From Gemmatimonadota bacterium (lineage in GTDB: Bacteria; Gemmatimonadota; Gemmatimonadetes; Gemmatimonadales; GWC2-71-9), in the NCBI GenBank assembly GCA_043769075.1, contig JAYVJS010000551.1, positions 1-42,932 on the forward strand: a stretch of 42,932 nucleotides of DNA. The letters are read 5' to 3'. Positions 8,704 through 15,480 of the stretch are shown here, piece by piece; the stretch's first letter is position 1; each line of letters begins with the position of its first letter. The translations under genes were made by a program, and so were the position numbers. Below the pieces are notes generated by a model. The model saw nothing but the letters and a program-made list of their open reading frames with translations, was not told the DNA's origin and made no database searches.

Positions 8704-9129
8704 TCAGCTCGGGAGCAGAACCGAATCAATCACGTGAATGACGCCGTTCGACGCCTTCACGTCCGCCGCCAGGACCTCGGCCCCATTGATCAAAACCTTA
8801 CCGTCGCGGGTCGCGATCTTGACCATCCCGCCCTGCACGGTCGCAGCCGAGGTCAGCTTGACCACGTCTGCGGCAAGGACGGTCCCCGGAACGACATGGT
8901 AGGTCAAGATGGCCGTCAACTTCGCCTTGTCCTTGAGTAGGGCCTCGACCGTGCCAGCCGGCAATTTGGCAAAGGCCGAGTCGGTCGGGGCGAACACCGT
9001 GAACGGGCCGGCGCTCTTGAGCGTTTCCACCAGGCCGGCGGCGGCCACTGCGGCCACCAGGGTCTTGAACGAACCGTTGGCAACGGCGATGTCAACGATG
9101 TCTTGCTGGGTAATAGCTGTAGCAGTCAT
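8704..9129 (-). CDS. Fasciclin (FAS1) domain protein, no obvious signal peptide
   Basis: 141 aa from ATG 9129, with GGAG 8 nt upstream. [45 protein letters not shown]...LTYHVVPG...[13 protein letters not shown] is the FAS1 signature. Confidence 0.85.
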   Translation of the reverse strand: MTATAITQQDIVDIAVANGSFKTLVAAVAAAGLVETLKSAGPFTVFAPTDSAFAKLPAGTVEALLKDKAKLTAILTYHVVPGTVLAADVVKLTSAATVQGGMVKIATRDGKVLINGAEVLAADVKASNGVIHVIDSVLLPS

Positions 9130-9253
9130 GACGCGCACTCCAGAATGGGTGAGAACAACCTGATCCGATTGCCTACCGTTGGTTTGATTTCGCCAACAGC
9201 AACAAGCTACAGATGCGTTCAGGTTTTGTCAAGGTATAAACATGGACAGAACA

Positions 9254-9282
9254 TTGACCAGACCCCGTTGCCGCATTATGAT
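9254..9282 (+). promoter_or_regulatory. Putative sigma-70-type promoter of the MerR/CarH-like gene
   Basis: TTGACC (9254-9259), a 17-nt spacer and TATGAT (9277-9282), about 25 nt upstream of GTG 9307. It is directly preceded by two tandem 11-bp repeats (9233-9254). Confidence 0.45.
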
Positions 9283-9306
9283 CCAGCACGCTACTGAACG
9301 GATACA

Positions 9307-10236
9307 GTGCCATTCAGTGCCAAACACCCGATCCGAGTCGTCACGGCCCGCACCGGCCTCAGCCCCGACGTCCTCCGGGCCTGGGAGCGCCGACACCAAG
9401 TGGTGGAGCCGTCGCGAAGCGCGGGTCGGCAGCGGCTCTACACCGATGCCGACGTCGAGCGGCTCAAACTGCTCCATCGCGCCATCATCGCCGGCCGGAG
9501 CATCGGGGCGGTGGCCGGCTTGTCCCTGCGCGAGCTCGAAAAGCTGGTTCGTTCCGATGACTCCGCCGCAAGAGTCACCGCGCCGGCGCTGGCCGAGGCA
9601 ACCCGGCAGGCCATCGCCACGCACCTTGCCGCGGCCTTCGAAGCGATGCAGGCCCTGGATGCCGCCCGCCTGGAGCGGGTCCTCAAGACGGTCTCGCTCC
9701 AACTCAGCGTGCCGACCATGCTCGATCGTTTCATCGCCCCCCTCTTGTGGCGGATCGGCGACCGCTGGGCGTGCGGCGACCTCTCGCCGGCCCAGGAGCA
9801 TCTGGCATCGATCGAGGTCCGGCGCCTGCTGACGTGGCTGGTGGAGCGGGCGGCGGTCGAGCCCGCTGCTCCGGTGATTGTCGTGACTACGACCACCGGA
9901 CAGCTGGTGGAGCTCGGCGCCATGTTGGCCGCCGCCAGCGCCGCGACCGAGGGGTGGAGGGTTGCGTATCTCGGCACCAGCCTGCCCGCCAAGGACATCA
10001 TCACCGCCGCTCGGACCCTCGGCGCCCGGGCCGTTGCGATCAGCCTGGTCCTCGAGGCCGCCGGCCCCGAAGCAACGAAAGAGCTCGATCGCCTTGCCAA
10101 GGGGCTGCCCCGGGGCACCGCACTCATCGGCGGCGGACGAGCGGCAGCCAACCATGCTTTGCAGCTCCGGCGCCTTGGGGCCCAGGTTTTTCGCGACCTC
10201 GAGCAGTTCCGGGCCTGGCTCCGTTCGGCACGATGA
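9307..10236 (+). CDS. MerR-family regulator with C-terminal B12-binding-type module (CarH/LitR-like)
   Basis: 309 aa. MerR HTH (IRVVTARTGLSPDVLRAWERRHQVVEPSRSAGRQRLYTDADVERL). A helical-bundle segment carries W-x9-EH (RWACGDLSPAQEHL). A Rossmann-like B12 domain follows (VIVVTTTTGQLVELGAML...AISLV...LIGGG). Confidence 0.8.
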   Translation: MPFSAKHPIRVVTARTGLSPDVLRAWERRHQVVEPSRSAGRQRLYTDADVERLKLLHRAIIAGRSIGAVAGLSLRELEKLVRSDDSAARVTAPALAEATRQAIATHLAAAFEAMQALDAARLERVLKTVSLQLSVPTMLDRFIAPLLWRIGDRWACGDLSPAQEHLASIEVRRLLTWLVERAAVEPAAPVIVVTTTTGQLVELGAMLAAASAATEGWRVAYLGTSLPAKDIITAARTLGARAVAISLVLEAAGPEATKELDRLAKGLPRGTALIGGGRAAANHALQLRRLGAQVFRDLEQFRAWLRSAR

Positions 10237-10793
10237 AAACGGCGGCTTGGTTGACCTATCTGGCGATGACCATGACTGATACCGCCGACAAGATGATCTT
10301 CGACTTCCGGGCTCCGACGAAGGCCTCACCCTGGCGCATCGTCAACGATGATGTGATGGGCGGCCGATCCTCGAGTCAGTTCCAACTCCTCGCGGCCGGG
10401 GGCGCGGTGTTCTCTGGGGTGGTCTCGTTGGAGAACCGGGGCGGCTTTGCATCCGCGCGCTCAGCACCGGTGCGGGAGAACCTCGAGGGCACCGACAGCT
10501 TCGTGCTCCGGGTCCGCGGCGATGGACGGGAGTACCAGTTTACCGTCCAAACCGGGGCGGGCTTCAACGGCCCCACCTACCAACTCGCGTTCACACCGAG
10601 GCGGGGCGAGTGGGGCGAATACCAGCTGGCCTTCGAGGACTTCGTGCCGACGTTCCGCGGACGGGTGCTGGCCAACCTGCCGCCGCTGACCGCGGAGAAG
10701 ATCGTGTCGGTCGGGGTTCTCATCGGCGACCAGCGGGCCGGGCCGTTCCAGTTAGAGATCAGCTGGGTCAAAGCGGTCCCGCCTTCGGCCTGA
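10233..10793 (+). CDS. CIA30 (complex I intermediate-associated protein 30)-like domain protein
   Basis: 186 aa from ATG 10233, which overlaps the regulator's TGA (ATGA). WRIVNDDVMGGRSSS...GGFASAR...FVLRVRGDGREYQF...FEDFVPTFRG matches the CIA30 family pattern. In-frame ATGs a few codons downstream are alternative starts. Confidence 0.7.
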   Translation: MKTAAWLTYLAMTMTDTADKMIFDFRAPTKASPWRIVNDDVMGGRSSSQFQLLAAGGAVFSGVVSLENRGGFASARSAPVRENLEGTDSFVLRVRGDGREYQFTVQTGAGFNGPTYQLAFTPRRGEWGEYQLAFEDFVPTFRGRVLANLPPLTAEKIVSVGVLIGDQRAGPFQLEISWVKAVPPSA

Positions 10794-10815
10794 ACCGGTT
10801 CGGCCACAGCACTCT

Positions 10816-11766
10816 CTACTTCCGCTGCGGCCTCCGGATCTGGGTCAGGGCCGAGCGCGGCAGGCGAGCCGTCACCCCATAGTCCGGGGGTACGATGTCC
10901 GGGATGTCGTAGCGGAGCGACATCCCCATCACCAGGGCCACCTCAGTCGATGTCAAGCCATAGTCCTTCTCGAGCCAGCGAGCCATGTCGGAGGTGGCGC
11001 GGCGCATGGCCTCGTCGAGCGAGCCGCCGACGCCGATGCTCATGATGCCCTCGGCGTCCTCGGCGCGGGTGATGTTTTGGAATCCCCAGCGGATCAGGTC
11101 CACGCTGAAGGTGACATCCAAACTCGTTTCCATCGCGTCGCCGGTGAGCTCGCCGTCCCCCTGCGCGGCGTGGCCGTCGCCAATGTAGAGGTTGGCGCCC
11201 AGGGTTCGCACCGGGAGGTAGATCGTGGCACCCTCGCGAAGACGGGCGTACTCGAGATTCCCGCCGTAGGCCCCACTCTCCCGCGCGCTCGGCGTGCCGG
11301 TCCCGCCGGGCGCGACCGCCACGACGCCAAGGAACGGTGTCAGCGGAACCTCAAAGGCCTGGAGACCTGGTGGAGGTACCTCGATCCTGGCGACCCCGCG
11401 GGACCGATCGAGGATCCACTTGTCATCCTGCCGGGCCTCCCGTCGTTCGGTGGCATAGCTCGGATCGATCGCCGACTCCATCAATTGGGTACCGCTGAAG
11501 GCCCAGCCGCGGTTCAACGCAACCCGATGGAGCCGGACCACCAGGACGTCTCCCGGAACCGCTCCTTCGACGTGGAATGGTCCAGTGAGCGGGTTCCCAC
11601 CCGGTGACCGCTTGTTGGCACGGTCGCCGAACGCACCTGAACCCCAGCCGCCGGCGTCCAAGGTAGTGGTGCGGACGGTGTCGCTCGGAAAAATCCGCGC
11701 CACGGGAGGAAGGGATCCGCTGAACTCTCGGGGGAAAGTCGCCGGATTGACGACGAGGCTCCGCAC
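10816..11766 (-). CDS. Acetamidase/formamidase family domain (possibly the C-terminal part of a gene interrupted by TGA)
   Basis: 316-aa ORF. It shows PSDTVRTTTLDAGG, NPLTGPFHVEGAVPGDVLVV, GGNLEY...GATIYLPV and GDGHAAQGDGE, typical of the FmdA/AmdA family. The only candidate start is GTG 11766, which has no SD and lies inside a hairpin. The ORF is in the same frame as the upstream ORF 11791-12177. Confidence 0.7.
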   Translation of the reverse strand: MRSLVVNPATFPREFSGSLPPVARIFPSDTVRTTTLDAGGWGSGAFGDRANKRSPGGNPLTGPFHVEGAVPGDVLVVRLHRVALNRGWAFSGTQLMESAIDPSYATERREARQDDKWILDRSRGVARIEVPPPGLQAFEVPLTPFLGVVAVAPGGTGTPSARESGAYGGNLEYARLREGATIYLPVRTLGANLYIGDGHAAQGDGELTGDAMETSLDVTFSVDLIRWGFQNITRAEDAEGIMSIGVGGSLDEAMRRATSDMARWLEKDYGLTSTEVALVMGMSLRYDIPDIVPPDYGVTARLPRSALTQIRRPQRK

Positions 11767-11790
11767 CGCGGTCGGTTTGCGGACCCGAAT

Positions 11791-12156
11791 TCACTCCCAG
11801 CTGGTTGAATCGTTCCCGATCCCAAGCCAGCCGCGGATCGCATCACCAGCCACCTGCCCCCGCCACCGATAGTCGCCGACCGCGAAGGTCATTTTGTCCC
11901 CAGTGGGCGCGATGCTGAATGCCACGCCGTACACCCGTCCACGGAGGCTGTCGCGCTCGATCGCCAGGGCGACGCGCTGCGGTTGCGCGTCGCCCTCCAT
12001 CACGAAAATCCATTCGCCGATCAAGGCCGTGCTCGCGGCGGGTGTTTGGGCCCGCAGCGCCGGGCCGACCCAGAGGGTCAGGAGAGCGAGCGTCACCGCC
12101 AGGGCGGGCTTTGCGGTCGGATCCCGGGGTCGCAGCAGCATTCGTGCAATCTCCAT
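11791..12156 (-). CDS. Signal-peptide-bearing small ORF (hypothetical), in frame with the downstream acetamidase across a single TGA
   Basis: ATG 12156, or ATG 12141. MLLRPRDPTAKPALAVTLALLTLWVGPALRAQ looks like a Sec signal peptide. A beta-rich region of about 90 aa follows. It ends at TGA 11791-11793. Confidence 0.5.
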   Translation of the reverse strand: MEIARMLLRPRDPTAKPALAVTLALLTLWVGPALRAQTPAASTALIGEWIFVMEGDAQPQRVALAIERDSLRGRVYGVAFSIAPTGDKMTFAVGDYRWRGQVAGDAIRGWLGIGNDSTSWE

Positions 12157-12209
12157 CCGCCCGCCCCGCTCCCGCAACCGGCGAAGCCGGCGGCAAGTCT
12201 GGTGACTCG

Positions 12210-14345
12210 TCAGTGTGTCTCCTCGCCGGGCCGGTAGGCTCGTTCCAGGTTCCGCTTGATCTCGTCCAGGGAAAACCAGGTCGGCTTGAACTGGCCCTTG
12301 GCGAACAGCGGGGCCTGGTCGAAGAAGTGTTTCGACGCGGGGTCGCCGCTTTGGCCAAAGGGGGTGATCGAAAGCGACCGGACCTTCGGTCCGAACTCGA
12401 CCACCGCGACTTACGCGGAACCATTGACGGCATACCGCCGCTTCATGCCGGCCGGTTGCTGGGTGCCGATCGAGAAAATCGTCCCGACCAGCCCGCCATC
12501 TGTCGAAGGCAACCCGAGACTCGGCTGGTCGTCGCGGTACGATGCTCCGTCCCGCTCCCGCGGACGTTGGAGGCGCTGGTACTCGCCGATCGGCACCTCG
12601 GCTGTGCCGAAGTCATTGATCAACCCGGCCCGAACCGCCTCGAGCGCGGCTACCCGAAACCACGTCGTGGTATCGGCTCGGGCTGCGCGAGGGCCGGCCG
12701 TTCGTTGGTACAAGGCGAACCACAGCGCGGGGACCGATTCGACTCGCCCGTACCGGTCCCAACCGCCCAGTCCGGTCACCATTGAACGAACGACCTCGGC
12801 CCGGGCGGGATCGACCGCGACCAACTGCTGCCACTCATGGATGAGCAGCGGCACCTCGCGTTCGGCGGCGTAGAAGTAGGTGTCAAACGCCATGGCCGCC
12901 CACTGGTCGAAGGTGAACTTGCCGGCTTGGGTCAGCAATCGTCGAGACGCCCGAGCCCGCCAGTTGTCCGGGTGCAAGGCGAGGTAGCGCGGGTAGTCCT
13001 TCCGTTTCGGGTTGGCGTCTGCGGTCGTGGTGAGGAACGGCGTCGAGTTGGTGTTCTGCATCCATCCGGCAGGCGGGTTCAGCACCTGGGGCATCTCGGC
13101 CGGCGTGTGGTACCCCTGCCAGTCGGTTCGCGGGTTGGTGCCGTCGACCGGCTTCGACCAATCGAATGTGGTGTCTCGCTTTGGCACCGCTCCGGCGTGA
13201 CTGAAGAAGATGTTGCCGGCGGTATCGGCGTACATCACGTTGTGGTAGGTCAGGCCGTTGATGTCGAGCGCCTGCCGGAACTCGGCGAGGTTCCGGGCTT
13301 TACCCATCGCGTACCATTGCTGGAACAGGCCGCCGTGGTCGACATTGCCGAAATTGACCGCTAATTGCTTTCCGCCGCGCTCACCGAGGATCGGCCCGTG
13401 GTGGGTTTTCCGGAGGGAGACGATCCGGGTTTCGAAACCGGCCGCCGTCTTGACCCGGAGCGAGTCGCGCCATTCGACGGCCAAACGGTGCCCCTCGCCG
13501 TACCGGTACGCGAGGGGACGGGCCGGATCATCGAAGACCTCTTCCCAGATGTCAGCCATGTCCGAATTGTTGACCGTCAGAGCCCAGCCCAGATGTTCGT
13601 TGTGGCCTTTCACGGGGATAGCCGTTTGTGCATAGGCCGTCAGACCGCTCAGGTTCCACCCCTCGTCGCTGATCCAGTGGCTCTCATACACCGGCAACAG
13701 CGGTGTATGGGGATTCACAAAGAGCATCGGATACCCCGAGGCGCTCTTGGCGGCGCTGACCGCCCACATGTTCGAACCCTCACCCGCGGGTCGAGCAGCC
13801 GGCAGCACGATCTTGGCCAACGACCGCAAGTTGACGTCGACGGCCTCCGGCGAAATCGCAAAGGAGCGGTACATGGTGAATAGCATCCAGCCCTGATAGC
13901 GGATCGGTACCCTGGGGGTGATCTCCGGGTGTTTGAGCAGGAAGTAATTGGTGCCGTCGGCCCAGGCATCGGCCAGCGCCCGGATGGCTGGAGTGGCCCC
14001 GGCGTATTCCTCTTTGCCGAGTCGTTCGAACTCGAACGCTCGGAAGAACACATCCCAGCCCACTCCATCTTCACCGCTCAACTCGGCCTGGCGCCCGAGC
14101 GCCTGGAGGTAGGCGGCCTCGGTTTCCTGGAACCGGTCCTCCGACCGGGCGTACGCCATCCCGAACATCACGTCGGCGTCGGTCTTTCCTTGGACGTGCG
14201 GCACCCCGTACGTATCGCGATAGATGGTCACCATCTTCGCCCGTTGCTGCCAGCGGCCTCGCTCTGCCGAATTTGACTGCGCCCTTTGGGCCGCCAATGG
14301 CAAGGCGCACCCGAGGAAGGCGATCAACGCGAACGACGGCCTCAT
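12210..14345 (-). pseudogene. Penicillin acylase / Ntn-hydrolase S45 family gene (AHL-acylase-like) interrupted by an in-frame TAA
   Basis: ORF 12411-14345 (644 aa) carries a signal peptide, YRDTYGVPHV, and the GSNMWAV beta-subunit Ser nucleophile site. ORF 12210-12404, in the same frame, encodes the family's C-terminal [19 protein letters not shown] motif. The two are separated only by TAA (12411-13) plus two sense codons. Confidence 0.8.
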
Positions 14346-15106
14346 CAGTGACTCAACCGCGGGACGTCCGCGCCCTCCGGGATCCCGGCGGCCGAGACCT
14401 GGTCGAGGTACAGTTCACCGAGGTAACTGGGCGTTCCGACCACCAGCGACAGCTCCGGTGTCGCGACGATCGTGGTACCCCCCAGCAGGAGACCGTCCAC
14501 CAAGGCGCCGGCCAGCCCGACCGAGCGGAGAAACGCAAAGGTCAAGTCGGCGTCCCGAAGGTCCGCTCCCGACAGACCGGTTGCCGCCAATACCGCACTG
14601 GTCAAGGAAGCCCCCCGTAGATCGGCGCCCCGCAGGACGGCATGCGACAAGATAGCTTCGCGGAGGTCGGCTCCGACGAAGCGCACGCCGGGCAAGTTGA
14701 CCTGGCCGAAATGAGCGTTAGGCAGCTTGGCGTCGGCGAACGAAGGCGGTGCCCCGGCCAGATAGCTCATCCGAAAGGTGGCCCGGGTCGCATCGGCGTG
14801 GTCGAACCGGGCCCCGGTCAGGTTGGCGCCGAGAATCTTGGCCCCAACCAGATTGGCACCGCGGCAGTCCGCGTCGGTCAGGTCACAGCCGGCGAGGTCG
14901 GCTCCGGCGAGCCGAGCATCGGCCAAGGATGTGCCCCGGAGATCGGAGCCGGCCAGGTCGGCGTTGGTGAGGTCGGCCCCAGCCAAGTCCAGGCCCGCCA
15001 GCTTGCCGTACCGGAGTGGGGCGCCAGCCAGATGAGCGCCTAGCAGGGTGGCCGCCGGGACCCGAACCAGGACGGCGCCGGTTTCGCGATGGAGGATCTC
15101 AATCAT
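14345..15106 (-). CDS. Pentapeptide-repeat protein
   Basis: 253 aa from ATG 15106 (MIEILHRETGAVLV...). It has long runs of A(D/N)LxG-type pentapeptides (LAGADLTNADLAGSDLRGTSLADARLAGADLAGCDL...). Its TGA shares one nt with the acylase ATG at 14345. Confidence 0.85.
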   Translation of the reverse strand: MIEILHRETGAVLVRVPAATLLGAHLAGAPLRYGKLAGLDLAGADLTNADLAGSDLRGTSLADARLAGADLAGCDLTDADCRGANLVGAKILGANLTGARFDHADATRATFRMSYLAGAPPSFADAKLPNAHFGQVNLPGVRFVGADLREAILSHAVLRGADLRGASLTSAVLAATGLSGADLRDADLTFAFLRSVGLAGALVDGLLLGGTTIVATPELSLVVGTPSYLGELYLDQVSAAGIPEGADVPRLSH

Positions 15107-15136
15107 CCCCCAAACTAGCGCTGGACCCACCCTCCG

Positions 15137-15162
15137 GGAACTTGAGCGGGCGGTGGGGCGTT
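15137..15162 (+). promoter_or_regulatory. Putative ECF-type promoter P2 (GGAAC-N17-CGTT) upstream of the ZAS paralog / debranching enzyme / aquaporin unit
   Basis: GGAAC at 15137-15141, a 17-nt spacer and CGTT at 15159-15162. It lies 49 nt upstream of ATG 15211, in the divergent intergenic region. Confidence 0.5.
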
Positions 15163-15210
15163 GGTCCCCCTAGGTTGGAGGCAGGCCGTTTAACGGAAAC
15201 CAAGAGGAAC

Positions 15211-15480
15211 ATGACCACGGGCCACCGAGTGACCTGCGAAGACATGATTCGCGAGCTGCCCGACTTCCTCGATCGTGAATTGCCCACGATCCGGCTGGCC
15301 GAGTTGCAGGAGCACCTTGACGAATGCGCCCGTTGCCTTCGAAAGCACCAGTTCGAGGCCTCGGTCTTGGACCAGATTCGGAGCCGCCTGACCAACATCG
15401 GACTCCCCCCGTCACTCCAAACCCGGATCCTCGAGTTGCTCAGCACGGATCGAGCTGGAGGGACGCCATGGAGATACTGA
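15211..15480 (+). CDS. Second short ZAS-type (RsrA-like) anti-sigma paralog, no adjacent sigma gene
   Basis: 89 aa from ATG 15211, with AGAGGA just upstream. MTTGHRVTCEDMIRELPDFLDRELP...EHLDECARC has C9/H35/C39/C42 at the same positions as the 2720 gene. My hand alignment gives about 35 identities in the first 77 positions. Confidence 0.75.
   Translation: MTTGHRVTCEDMIRELPDFLDRELPTIRLAELQEHLDECARCLRKHQFEASVLDQIRSRLTNIGLPPSLQTRILELLSTDRAGGTPWRY

Noticed and set aside
10792-10801. Perfect 10-bp palindrome GAACCGGTTC between the convergent CIA30 and acetamidase genes, considered as a bidirectional terminator.
   Set aside because: It has no loop and no flanking T/A tract. The extended stem (GGCC...GGCC) is interrupted. 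I could not support a terminator call.
11740-11793. TGA followed by a stem-loop considered as a selenocysteine (SECIS) recoding site.
   Set aside because: The position is an inter-domain linker, not a catalytic site. The acetamidase family is not a known selenoprotein family. The hairpin lacks the features I recall for bacterial SECIS elements. No sel genes are visible. GC-rich sequence forms such stems easily.
11791-12413. Two in-frame stops (TGA, TAA) considered as evidence for an alternative genetic code.
   Set aside because: TGA, TAA and TAG all terminate other genes in the window exactly where homology predicts protein ends (for example TAA 966-968, TAG 2975-2977, and many TGA stops).
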